From assembly GCA_004764695.1 (NCBI GenBank), contig SMSO01000025.1, forward strand, positions 2,232,001 through 2,296,000: DNA of 64,000 nucleotides, in the 5' to 3' direction. Positions 42,401 through 51,821 of the stretch are shown in pieces; the stretch's first letter is position 1, and every line of letters begins with the position of its first letter. The translations under genes and the position numbers were made by a program. Origin of the DNA: Schizochytrium sp. TIO01 (taxonomy: Eukaryota > Protista > Bigyra: Labyrinthulomycetes). The notes below the pieces were generated by a model. The model saw only the letters and a program-made list of their open reading frames with translations. It did not search any database and was not told the origin of the DNA.

Positions 42401-43629
42401 TCTACTTCAGTATGCCGATGTCTACGCACGAGCTCACTAGCTTCAAGTTTGAGCATACTTGTGGATGATTCTAAAGATGCAATCTGTCCCTCGAGCTCAT
42501 GATTGTCATGCTCTAGCTGCTTCAAGAGCTTGTTTTGCTTATCTAGATCTCTGTTGAATGTGTGATTTGCTTCTTCCTCTCGCCTGCCACTAGATTCCCA
42601 TAAAGCATGTGCTTGCGAAGAATGCTTTTGCGCTCGCGCGAACTTTTTCTGAGCTGTCGCAAGCTGCTTCTGTAATTCCTGCTTTCGTTCAATCTCATGT
42701 AATATGCGATCTACAGTCCATTCTTCATAGGCTGGATCATCCTCGTCAAGATCACTTGGGGGAACCTGAGATTGGCTCTCGGGATGACGTTTCCCAAACT
42801 CCAGTTTTTTGAGACCACAGGTCTGTGCCGCAAGGAGCTGAGCAAACAAGTGCTTTGACTTCAAACCAAGTTGATTTCCAGAAAGAACCAGCTCACGTAG
42901 AAGTTTGCTTGAAGCAACGCCATAACTCAATTGTCGGGCGCCCTCATCGAAGATGAAGTTTTCCGCAAGATTTAATTTACGAAGCATTGACCCCCGGCCG
43001 ATCGCTTTTCCAATATAAGCTGCGCCCCGATCTCGAATGGTGTTACTCGCAAGATTTAATTCTCGAAGGCTCTGCGAATAGATTAGGGTTTTACCAAGAG
43101 CTTTGGCCCCAGCCTCACAAATAATATTTTTAGAAAGATTGAGGCATTCAAGTGTACGCAGTGACTGAATGACTTTACTAACCATCCGTGCACCTTCGCA
43201 ATCAATATTGTTGTTCGCAAGACTTAGCTTACATAGGCGCGATGTAGGCACATTGGCAATAATTTGTGTTGTAAGGACCTGAAGACCAGACGTGTCGATA
43301 GCTTCCGATTCTGTTTCAGCCAAAGCTGTACTGTCAAGGTCAAGACGTTCAAGGGAGCGCATGTGTGAAATAAGGCCACCCAGACTTTCTGCACCTCGAG
43401 GTCCAAGAATCTGCGTGACACGAAGCTTGCGCACGTGCGAAAGCTCTGACAATGTTGTACTTTTGGAATCTAATATAGTGTCACCATCACCGTCATCAAT
43501 ATCAAGCTTGTCCATCATGCTGCTATACTCCGATGAAGTTGCCCCCCTCGCACTTGTCGGCAGTCGAGACGCATTGAATTTAGTCTCTTCATCTTGTTCT
43601 GGAATTAGACTCCCTGCAAACTCCGGCAT
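39460..43629 (-). CDS. RI-like LRR + long coiled coil + PH-domain protein
   Basis: LRRs such as LSLANNNIDCEGA, LNLSKNIICEAGA and LNLASNTIRDRGA. More than 400 aa of coiled coil. PH-like LLKGTKAQRR...WVSEDLKKICF...SVDLQFDSAEIAREWCQSL. First ATG at 43629. Confidence 0.88.
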   Translation of the reverse strand: MPEFAGSLIPEQDEETKFNASRLPTSARGATSSEYSSMMDKLDIDDGDGDTILDSKSTTLSELSHVRKLRVTQILGPRGAESLGGLISHMRSLERLDLDSTALAETESEAIDTSGLQVLTTQIIANVPTSRLCKLSLANNNIDCEGARMVSKVIQSLRTLECLNLSKNIICEAGAKALGKTLIYSQSLRELNLASNTIRDRGAAYIGKAIGRGSMLRKLNLAENFIFDEGARQLSYGVASSKLLRELVLSGNQLGLKSKHLFAQLLAAQTCGLKKLEFGKRHPESQSQVPPSDLDEDDPAYEEWTVDRILHEIERKQELQKQLATAQKKFARAQKHSSQAHALWESSGRREEEANHTFNRDLDKQNKLLKQLEHDNHELEGQIASLESSTSMLKLEASELVRRHRHTEVDRHGLDVEFQRVTLSIENLKQRKAELQELLQEHKIENDASLSALAQAKTDVNVVEKQMRALDEMKIVSRQQETTLKLEIQVLEGEIAVVNESCQELRNKLEILHTREEKIQSQLVQMKITKRKVDGQIEDLRQTRLEVQAQLDEALQARAPLQQLVITQEKNTSQAEQDTRALYAQLEQSNQSLRDELAVTSDESTSLPEKIQQLGSEVARQTPDVVSQPTLSMRQPKPVLKTSVCAPEIKPNTKTDVVADDFELGLKRDLQQQQEQIKDHERQVAEQKRRLEKQREMIKQQEIQRRKEQEEQQRRKEELQRQELLRQKEEKERKEEEQRQREMREKQKQMEQARLEELHRQQQLERQQKLEEQRRIQQKHLEHLRLQKEQLMQEHLELQRHEEEIASRYAPRENMEKQEDNLSNSADDDLDDRDDFPDPVTEVTGGDPEETPPSSGFTPEVEIHHVSVQSIVPRDKSKWQPESHEESPPVLPRHKSSRAFIQREQDISPLHPNSPHSALRRHKSDAQLNSPYERRAPSSIAAQHRRESDFSEVDFPLDYEEHERESSFSPPTLSESLEEQQPTDLDLPKLPPRRSSQYEQVEEHNQLKQNEELPHLTNSPEDKEVVDSPGLTTDVTVQNDPDSTQHGNDFEEFSMLLKGTKAQRRTSKWGVKKACFAWVSEDLKKICFAKNQAKSINAETIPLWSVEHIVGPTDQEPSNSKTSWQSKLRKIKSKMDNESSRRIRLVNIDRRDSVDLQFDSAEIAREWCQSLNQLLDKLNIERVARAEQKHAASSQSQGSEIPLYEESPLADDTEGLHNEMAVQRSNSHLSRAGELTENTQSPATGIDMAEASDANDQYTPIQGSQIEDHERHLNISGLKPVECTELTLDMLRDDIAEVIDEAAEAVETITFRVVRERTGSRWPQADFETPEWRAWFREAITEALEDQESSSGSQEGSPHSNEEEEEEGEEGGNGDEFEMKQDIEVESWF

Positions 43630-44341
43630 GCTTCTTATGCTGCAAGCAGCAGGAGTCACTCTGCGGGGCAGACTGGCGAGAACAAGTCGTTGCCAGTGCT
43701 GCGCCGTTGGGTTTTAGTCTCTGTGTTGCCTTTATGAATTTTGCGACCGAGAATTCTGATAATACCTTAGTTCCTTTATAAGTTAGAAGACACACTCTAA
43801 TCTTGATCAAGGTGACTTGAAATTAAAAAAAAATGTATCGCAGCTTTCTTGCTTTGTAATCCAAGGGCATCGCCAGACAGGAGCGGAAATATGTTATGTC
43901 TTTAAAATAACTACCCCTGCTATCATGTTGCTGAGGGTGACCGCAACAAGTATTCTAAATTACCTCTGGTTTCACCTTTTTTGTCTTCCCTCCTTAGCCC
44001 GTTCTGTCCTTCAAGGACATCAACTTGAATCAAATATGGCCGTTGACTAAATCGTGTTGTGCAGACCGCGGCGAGGGCAATAATAAGTGATTATTCGTAT
44101 AGGGTCTTTTATTGTTTATCATTAATACTTTTATTTGAATTTTAATTAAGAATTAAAGTAAACTTAATTTCAAGTGATATCATTACAGAAAAGTAAAAAA
44201 GAAAATTGGAAACAAAGAAGATTGAAATTCAAATAATTTGTGATAAAAATAAACTCATGGGCTCTCTTTCACTTGTTTTGGCGGCACATTCGGCAAAATA
44301 CAAAAGCTCGTGGAGCTGATCGCACGCGAGAAAGCGAAGCC

Positions 44342-44983
44342 ATGAAGGACCTGCGCTACTTTATCAGGCGGGCAACAGGTACGTTAGGAAGCAAAAGGTT
44401 TCAGCTTTTGCTGATGAACTCGTCGCTGTAGGGGCAATAGTTGGTGCTGGCATCGATGCTTTGCCGCACTAGTTAGAGAAGCGCTATTCCACTTCCTCTG
44501 CGCACTAGAAAGCAACTTTTGCTGCTGCCTCGCTCTTGCGTAGCGTTCTAGAGATGGGATACAACAGAAAAACAAAAGTTGAGCCATAAATCATTTATTT
44601 ATGAGTCTTAAACTAACTTCGTGCATTCTAATGTTTGAACGCTAATTTAACCTTGATCGGATGCATCTATGTACGCAGTCTTGCAGCAATACCGCGGATT
44701 TATGCGTGAGTGCCGCCGGCTTGGCAAATCAGATGCTCAGATGGGAGCAGATATTCGACAACAAGTAAAAGATGAGTTTCGCAAGTACAAGGAAGAGACT
44801 GAGAAGTCTTTAATTTCTGTGCTTTTAAAGCAAGGTTCTATTCAACTTGACCAGCTCAAAGAACTCAATGATCGAAGGTCAGGTTTGTCGAAGCCTGTGG
44901 AAAAAGGTTGGAAAGGCACCACTGATGCTGATGGCTCTGACGAGCGTGGTCGAGTTGGTGAGGGTTGGCCTTGGCAAAATTAG
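44342..44983 (+). CDS. LYR-motif protein, LYRM2-like, 2 exons, about 113 aa
   Basis: Exon 1 44342-44378; intron GTACGT...CAG 44379-44678 with CTAAC/CTAAT branch-like sites; exon 2 44679-44983. Spliced product MKDLRYFIRRATVLQQYRGFMRECRRL...VKDEFRKYKEET. Confidence 0.8.
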
Positions 44984-45214
44984 TTTCTTTCTCAACTCGA
45001 CTCAACACATATACACCTAACTGCGTGCGTTTCCTTGCTATTATAGCTCACCAATTTACTTTATTCGCTTGAAACCAATTTACTTTATACATGGACGTGA
45101 GTTTAAAATTATAGAGCTCGAACTTCTTTGCCAGTCAAAATCCACACTTCGTTACTTGTCTGCTTGGAGAACTTAGGCACTATACCAAAATAAGAAGAGG
45201 CTGGCCAAAATCTG

Positions 45215-48200
45215 CTATTTTCGACCTTTGCCATTTTTTTTCTTCTTGCTTGCCGCAGATGTTGCTGTAGCGTTCGTGCGTTTGTCACTCTCGGCTGTAA
45301 TCTTTGCATTTAGCTGGCGACTTAGTGCAGATCTCTGGTGACTCCGCAGAGGTTTTGCTGATGAAACAGGTTTTGCTGCGTTCTGGAGATGCTCCTTGCG
45401 TGCTGTTGCTCGCGCTATTTCGCCACATCCATGAGTCTCGGCAAGGCCATGTGACATGCAAAAGCTCAGCTTACAGAAAGGACAAACTGTAGCTATTGTC
45501 ATGACCGATTTTGCGCAGTTGGTATACGCACACTTGCGACTTGCTGCAGCCAAGTTTTCGAGAAATTCCATCTCTTCGTCAACCTCGCTATCGCTGTCTG
45601 CACCGGTCTGCTGCTTGAAAGATCCAGTACCCTCAAACACAGCCTTCACATTTGGAGTACTGCTCTTTGTTGCCCCTGAAGATCCGTTTCCTTTGTTACC
45701 CTTTTTCTTGCCTTTTTTGTTGGATTTTTTTGATGCGCGCTTTTGAGCCTGAGCAGCAGCACGCTCTTCTTCCTCTTTCGCGGCAGCTGCCTTTGCAGCA
45801 GCATAACGTTCCGCCTGCATTTGTCTTATTCTATCAAGCTCGGTGAGCGGGGCCTTTGGTTTGGAGCTCGTATGGCTAACAGTAGTGGCTTCTGTACATT
45901 CATCTTTGGTTTTAGGTTCCTCTTGCTGCAAATTTTGTTGCTGTTGTTTTGCGAAGGCTGCTTGAGTTGCTTGTAAAGCAACCACACAAGCCTCATTAGG
46001 AGCCATCCCACTATCCACAAGCTCTTTATATTTCTGTGGCAGGTATACCTTTGCGAATGCTTGTGGATCAGCATCCATCGAAGCCGGAGCAGATTGTGAA
46101 GGAACTGAAGTGATATTTACATCATTTCTGTCTTCGCCTTCGTCTGCGTCTGCGTCTGCATCTTCGTCGTCGTCTTCGTCTTCGTCTTCAGCTGCGTCTT
46201 CAGCTGCGTCTTCGTCTTCGTCTTCAGCTGCGTTTTCAGCCGCGTCCTCATCTTTGCCATTTACAAAGTCCTCAGCATCATCACTCTGGCAAACATGATC
46301 TACGTCATCTTCACCCCCTAGATCAGCATTAAGCTGTTCTGTAGTCTTTGCATTTTCAATAGAATACTTGGGCTCGGCCTTTGCTTCCCTGTGGCTACAA
46401 CCTGCAGGTTCGTCAAGTAAAGTGGGGTCTTGAACGATGGGTAGCAGTTCCTTTTTGCTGACTGGTTTTCGAACAGTAACATAGCGTGAGCTACCATCGC
46501 CAGAGCTGAAATGCTCGAGACGATGTTCCTCACAAAATGCATGCACAGTATGCCGCTCGCCTGCTGTAAAAGTAGCGGGCAATACATACTCTTGAAGTGT
46601 AATGTCATTCATAAAACCACGGAGATCCTTGTGTATTTCCTCAACTCGTGCTTCCGATACAACCTCCTTTGCTACTTTAGCCTGGTGCTTTGGGTTTTTG
46701 GCTTTTTTGCGTCCCGCAGCAGCCGCTGCTGCCTTCACTGCCTGGGGTGGAGCACTTCCATATACTGGTGTGCATTCTGCGAGATAGTCTTCCGCAGTTT
46801 GTTGCAACGCGTGCTTCTGAAAATAGTCTACCACACGGCCCAAGAAACTGCCTTCTTCGGCAGCAATAGTTTCTGAATCAGCAATTAAACATACCTGGCG
46901 TCTAGCACGGGTTATAGCAACATTCAAGCGACGTTCATCAGCAAGGAAACCCACTGTTCCTTGGTCATTCGAGCGGACGAGAGAGAGCACCACCACTTCC
47001 TTCTCACGTCCTTGGAAACCATCTACAGATCTGATTTCGAGTGTAGGGTAGCGTTCATGTAGCATAGATCGTAGAAGATGGACCTGAGCATTATATGGAG
47101 TAATTACAGCGACTTCGTCTTGCTCAAGACCTGCAGCAAATAGATTCACAAGATATTTAGCCACGATCTCAGCCTCTCCTCTATTGTATTTGGAACCCGA
47201 AGCCTCAGCCTGGGCCAGCGCTTTGTTATCGAGAACCTCGGTATCATCCTCATCATCTCCCTCAATGCCCTCCTCTAAACCGCAAAACGCGGTGTCAATA
47301 AATACGAGAGTGGACCTCAAGAACGAGCATTCATCATCCACTGAGTTGCTATCATCACCTGCAGTGCCACTGTGAAGTGCCAACTGGTCAACTAGCTTTG
47401 TATGTACATGCTCCAAATCCGGGAGGGTCCTTTTTGCTACCCCAGGGTCAGCGAGAAGACGTCCGTCATACATTTCATTAGAAGACCAGTCATTGATTAA
47501 CTGGTGCATACGATACTGAATACTTAGAAGGCGCACCACGCGATCACCGTACATCTCCACAACTCGATCAAACAGAGTTTTGCCCAGAACTCCCTGGGCG
47601 GCTGTATGGCTCTTGATCGTTGGTGGAAGCTGTTTGTGGTCACCCGCAAGCACAACACGTCGTCCAAGAAGGATGGGAATCCAACAGGAGGCTTCAATTG
47701 CTTGGGCGGCTTCATCAATAATAACGAGGTCGAAGATTTGGTCGACCTCGGAAGATCCCTTTGCAATTTTCCTAGCAATGCCCGCAGCTCCTGTGTTGGT
47801 TGCTAGAACAACGTTGGAACGTTTGATAACAGAATCTACAACCGCACGTTCTCTCGTACGAAGCTCTTTACGGAGCTCTCGTGCTTCGGCTCGGAGCTCT
47901 TTAAAGGGGCGTCGTCGCTCCGCTTTCTTCTTTTTGTTCGATGTAGCATTACGAGATACCATTTGACCAACAACATCACGGAGCTCACGGCGTACATCGG
48001 CAACGACCTCTGATGCTTCGGCACGCTGCACCACAGCATCAAGAGAATACTGCATTACTTCAGGCATGAAACGTGCTGGGTGGCCAACGCGAACCAACGA
48101 GAGTCCTCGAAGATCACGATTGCGCTTGCGGCGCTTGGAGGCACTCTCGGCCTCAGCCTCCGCCCCAAGGCGCATAACCAAGTTATCTACTGCGACGTTG

Positions 48201-48973
48201 GACGGTGCACAAACAAGAACTTTGAGATTGAAGACTTGTGCTGCCTGACGGATCAGCTCTACTACACTTGTAGTTTTACCAGTACCCGGGGGGCCATGGA
48301 TAAGCGCAACATCCCTAGAGCGCAGCGCAAATTCAATAGACTCTTTCTGAGGGTCGTTCAGACCATCATTGAAAAAAGTTAAGTTCTCACAATCCTTTGG
48401 AAGCTTATCGTGCTGCAAAGGTTCCGCCTCACCAAAGAGGACCTGTGCAGTATGGAAAGCATGGTGATTGGGATCGAGGTGTTCAAGATGGTCAAGAGCA
48501 CGGAGCTGCTTGGCGTTCGTGGCGTCGTTTGGGAGGCGGTCTAATCTCAGAGGTCTGATATCTACAATCTCTCGCAAGTCTTGGTCATCCGTACGATCAT
48601 CGAAAGCAACTTCAATGCAATCTTCTGATACCTTTGCAACGATGCCACTGGGAGGCCTTGAGGTGGAGCCTTCATTCGCATTCGCATTCGCAAGAGGACC
48701 TTCGTTGGGTACCACACGCACGACATCGCCCACAGAGATGTTTCCTGCCGCCAGTGAAGATTTGCACGAGGTGAAAGTGAAAATGCTTCTACCATACATA
48801 CCTGTTCGCACGCCGTCTACCTGGAGGAATGGCGTACAGAGTCCCATCCGCGCCAAGACACGTCGGGAGGTTTTGTCTAACTGGTCCTCCGCCAACTCCG
48901 TCTCAGCGGCCCATTCCTCAGCTAAGAGCCGCCGAGTCTCCACCAACCACAAATCCCGTGACATTTTCACCAT
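45215..48973 (-). CDS. IGHMBP2: IGHMBP2/SMUBP-2 (Hcs1) Upf1-like SF1 helicase with R3H domain and AN1 zinc finger
   Basis: HGPPGTGKT, CAPSNVAVDN, IIDEAAQA, AGDHKQLPP, QYRMH, VDGFQGREKE, RRLNVAITRAR. R3H (ERHTVH). C-terminal CAYTNC..CPFCKLSFCMSHGLAETHGC. Confidence 0.93.
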   Translation of the reverse strand: MVKMSRDLWLVETRRLLAEEWAAETELAEDQLDKTSRRVLARMGLCTPFLQVDGVRTGMYGRSIFTFTSCKSSLAAGNISVGDVVRVVPNEGPLANANANEGSTSRPPSGIVAKVSEDCIEVAFDDRTDDQDLREIVDIRPLRLDRLPNDATNAKQLRALDHLEHLDPNHHAFHTAQVLFGEAEPLQHDKLPKDCENLTFFNDGLNDPQKESIEFALRSRDVALIHGPPGTGKTTSVVELIRQAAQVFNLKVLVCAPSNVAVDNLVMRLGAEAEAESASKRRKRNRDLRGLSLVRVGHPARFMPEVMQYSLDAVVQRAEASEVVADVRRELRDVVGQMVSRNATSNKKKKAERRRPFKELRAEARELRKELRTRERAVVDSVIKRSNVVLATNTGAAGIARKIAKGSSEVDQIFDLVIIDEAAQAIEASCWIPILLGRRVVLAGDHKQLPPTIKSHTAAQGVLGKTLFDRVVEMYGDRVVRLLSIQYRMHQLINDWSSNEMYDGRLLADPGVAKRTLPDLEHVHTKLVDQLALHSGTAGDDSNSVDDECSFLRSTLVFIDTAFCGLEEGIEGDDEDDTEVLDNKALAQAEASGSKYNRGEAEIVAKYLVNLFAAGLEQDEVAVITPYNAQVHLLRSMLHERYPTLEIRSVDGFQGREKEVVVLSLVRSNDQGTVGFLADERRLNVAITRARRQVCLIADSETIAAEEGSFLGRVVDYFQKHALQQTAEDYLAECTPVYGSAPPQAVKAAAAAAGRKKAKNPKHQAKVAKEVVSEARVEEIHKDLRGFMNDITLQEYVLPATFTAGERHTVHAFCEEHRLEHFSSGDGSSRYVTVRKPVSKKELLPIVQDPTLLDEPAGCSHREAKAEPKYSIENAKTTEQLNADLGGEDDVDHVCQSDDAEDFVNGKDEDAAENAAEDEDEDAAEDAAEDEDEDDDEDADADADEGEDRNDVNITSVPSQSAPASMDADPQAFAKVYLPQKYKELVDSGMAPNEACVVALQATQAAFAKQQQQNLQQEEPKTKDECTEATTVSHTSSKPKAPLTELDRIRQMQAERYAAAKAAAAKEEEERAAAQAQKRASKKSNKKGKKKGNKGNGSSGATKSSTPNVKAVFEGTGSFKQQTGADSDSEVDEEMEFLENLAAASRKCAYTNCAKSVMTIATVCPFCKLSFCMSHGLAETHGCGEIARATARKEHLQNAAKPVSSAKPLRSHQRSALSRQLNAKITAESDKRTNATATSAASKKKKNGKGRK
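46130..46252 (-). repeat. Asp/Glu/Ala low-complexity coding repeat inside IGHMBP2
   Basis: EDAAENAAEDEDEDAAEDAAEDEDEDDDEDADADADE; tcttcagctgcg units on the + strand. Confidence 0.8.
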
Positions 48974-49323
48974 AGTGGCTTTCAGAAAAGAAAGCTTTGA
49001 CTGGCCAGGTGCTCAGTTCGCTCGCGAGTTTGGTCTCAATGTCGGAGCCTCGACCTGTTTGGTTTCTGGTTGCGGACCGCTTGCAATTTATATTATTTTA
49101 ATTTATAATTTATTATCATTTTATTCTCTTTAAATGAAGGCTATAAACAGCTTTTCCTGATGGTTAGCATCCAAAAGCGAAACTGGCGCAGTAGCTCAAG
49201 TCAAATAAAGCTTGCCGAAAACGTTTTTGAGAGCGCTCACAAAGAGCCAACGTGATTTCCCTTGACATACTCGGCCTCGTTTAGCGCGACTCAGCAAAAA
49301 AAATCGGTCTTTGAGTCGTCAGC

Positions 49324-50514
49324 ATGGAGGTGCAGGAGAGGATGTCGGCTTGGTTGGAGAAGGCCAAGTCGAGAACTGGCGAGTCTTCGGAGGATCCCGT
49401 GAAGATTGCGGGCGCAGAAAAGCTCCTCAAGCTAGCACGGTGCCTAGCGATGCTTGTTAAAGCACACGATAGCCTGCATAAAAGCGCTGGCCAACTGGCT
49501 GAATATTTTTATGAGGAAAAATGTGAAATCTTGCGCAGCAAAGACGAGGCGCTGGAGACTGAAGCACGAGCCAGAGCTGACGAGATGCAGGCCAAGGTTA
49601 TCGAGATCCGCACCAAAGTCATGGAGGAGACACAAGATGATGAGCTCATGATCGCTAGTATGAATGACGCGCTAAGGATGTACCAGGAAAAAATTCAGGC
49701 GCCGGACTCAGAACTCGCAACTTTCAAAGGCATAGTTGACAAGGCCGAAGCCACACTTAAGGAACATTCGAAGAAGATGGCATCTGCTCAGAAACGCATC
49801 GAGAGGTACACAGCCAGCATTGAAAGGGAGCGGAAACGCAAGAACAATCATGCTACCAACTTCTCTCGTAAGAAGAGCTCTGTATCGTCATCGGAGTCCT
49901 TCGTCAATGACAAAAAGGATACACAACCAGTTGACGTGATGTCAAAAGGCCAAATGCAGCTTAACTCCTTTGAGCATAAGAACATGCGGAAATTTATCAA
50001 AATTATTGCGAGTGACAACAGTATTGATACGAGGGTTTTATCTGGCCAAGGATTGACACCCTTCCTCCCTCATGAAGAGGCAAAGGCGCACGGACCAGAA
50101 AGTGAAGCTGCTTCTCTCAAGAAAGATGGGAACCTTGGTTCGAATGGGGTAAATGCTAACCTAATTGCTCTCCAACTTCCTGCTTACAGTACAGAATTTG
50201 AGTATGATGAAGGTATGCCTGATCCCGGGAAATTTGATACAAGTAAATCACCATGGACTAGACAACAGAAAATGCCCCCCGCGCCAAGCTGGATTCCACC
50301 TGAACTTGTTGATATTGAAATTGGGTTGGCTAAAGCACAGAGATCTTTTAGTAGTCAGTTGCGTGTGAAATTCATTCATATCCGAGCATTAAAAAAAGTT
50401 CAAGTTGAACTTTACTCAGGTTCCGAGATAGTATCTGATCTGGGAAAGATCTCTGAGGATTATCTTGAAAAATGCAACGCTTTACTCAACGACAAAGGGG
50501 TGCGCATAGGTTAA
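49324..50514 (+). CDS. Hypothetical coiled-coil protein
   Basis: 396-aa ATG-initiated ORF with helical N-half; no recognised motif. Confidence 0.7.
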   Translation: MEVQERMSAWLEKAKSRTGESSEDPVKIAGAEKLLKLARCLAMLVKAHDSLHKSAGQLAEYFYEEKCEILRSKDEALETEARARADEMQAKVIEIRTKVMEETQDDELMIASMNDALRMYQEKIQAPDSELATFKGIVDKAEATLKEHSKKMASAQKRIERYTASIERERKRKNNHATNFSRKKSSVSSSESFVNDKKDTQPVDVMSKGQMQLNSFEHKNMRKFIKIIASDNSIDTRVLSGQGLTPFLPHEEAKAHGPESEAASLKKDGNLGSNGVNANLIALQLPAYSTEFEYDEGMPDPGKFDTSKSPWTRQQKMPPAPSWIPPELVDIEIGLAKAQRSFSSQLRVKFIHIRALKKVQVELYSGSEIVSDLGKISEDYLEKCNALLNDKGVRIG

Positions 50515-50870
50515 CTAAAATGTAAACTAAGAAATTTGAAATTTATAGTTGTAAAGCTTTCAAAGCATTGGTAAGATCACCGACCACTTCAGCTATTCCC
50601 TAGGCAATACAATATCACTATATATATTTCCATAATCTTAATTTTAACTGTTTTTTTGTATTGTATTTAATTCTCCCGCAAGAAATTCTTGAGAGAAGCA
50701 TCAAGCTCTCAGCTCCTAAGCTCCGCACACACAGCAAAGCTTGTCTAGGACTCAGATAAGCCTGGTTGTTTGCACATTGTTTACTATCTAAAACGAACAA
50801 ATTGAATTAAAGGGTTGCCGTGACCACTTTACTAAATTGACTATACTTCGATGTAGCAAAATGAAGAACA

Positions 50871-51821
50871 TCAGGCATAAATGTAGCATGCGATAGAGAA
50901 AACAACGTGAGTCGAAAGAGCTGTTGCAATAATAATTGGTGTGCCTTGGTCTACACCAGCTTTCTTGAGCAGACTGTGGGCTTGATTCTCATGAAACAGC
51001 AAGAAGAAGCATGCACCAACTAGAACTCCGGATAGAAATGTTGGTAGTCTCTGCATTAACGCACGCGGGCTGGAGATCAGTGGTCCTAGTGTAAGAATTG
51101 CCTGAATACCCATCAGACCTAGGCCATTGACTTCAACACCATATATTTGATAGCGGAAGTCCGGTGCCGTTAAGGCGGCATAAGAAATGACTGCCAGAAT
51201 CGCGCCCTCAAAGCCAACAGGTTGCGGATGGCGCTTGACAATAAACTGGATTGCTCCTGTAAGAACCCCAGGAAGGAAGAAGAGTTTAAGAAATGATTGT
51301 CGACCAACGTCCTTCTGTACATCCAGTCCACTATTCACTAGGGCAGAGGCACCCATAAATGTGCCTACAAGAGAAGGCGAGTAAAAGCTTGTCACGAGAA
51401 AACTCCAAGGTCTTGTCAAAGAAGGACGAGCAACTCGCACAGCGAAGCCAGGCTTGATTACTGCAGTCGCGAAAGACAGTACCAGTAAGACTGCAAGGCC
51501 AACCAGATCATCCCGGACCTTATGCGGAATGAATGTACCAAAGATGCCCAGAAGCCTATTTTCGCTGACTTTATTCTTCGGAGTGATGATAGTGTAGAAA
51601 AAATAATCCGCCATTGTACTAGTTGATAAATCCTTCGGGATAGGTCCATACCAGCTCAAGGGCGAATCTCCGCTGAGCCAAAGTTCAAGGCGTTCCTTGG
51701 CGATTTCAGAAGCAGGCTGGCCAAACCAAGCGACCTCACGAGAACGATCAATGACACTCGGCCTTGTCAGAGCCAACGTGCACGCCAGCAGAGCTACTCC
51801 CACAAACTCAATCACACGCAT
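50871..51821 (-). CDS. DUF4359-like N-terminal domain fused to a catalytically inactive rhomboid-superfamily membrane domain
   Basis: ATG at 51821, then a signal/TM segment and ALTRPS...DYFFYTII...RLLGIFGTFIP. Rhomboid-like RPWSFLVTSFYSPS, GLDVQKDVGRQSFLKLFFLPG, VGFEGAILA and TFLSGVLVG. Confidence 0.78.
   Translation of the reverse strand: MRVIEFVGVALLACTLALTRPSVIDRSREVAWFGQPASEIAKERLELWLSGDSPLSWYGPIPKDLSTSTMADYFFYTIITPKNKVSENRLLGIFGTFIPHKVRDDLVGLAVLLVLSFATAVIKPGFAVRVARPSLTRPWSFLVTSFYSPSLVGTFMGASALVNSGLDVQKDVGRQSFLKLFFLPGVLTGAIQFIVKRHPQPVGFEGAILAVISYAALTAPDFRYQIYGVEVNGLGLMGIQAILTLGPLISSPRALMQRLPTFLSGVLVGACFFLLFHENQAHSLLKKAGVDQGTPIIIATALSTHVVFSIACYIYA

Noticed and set aside
48468-49133. 221-aa + strand ORF
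   Set aside because: Antisense to the conserved IGHMBP2 N-terminus.
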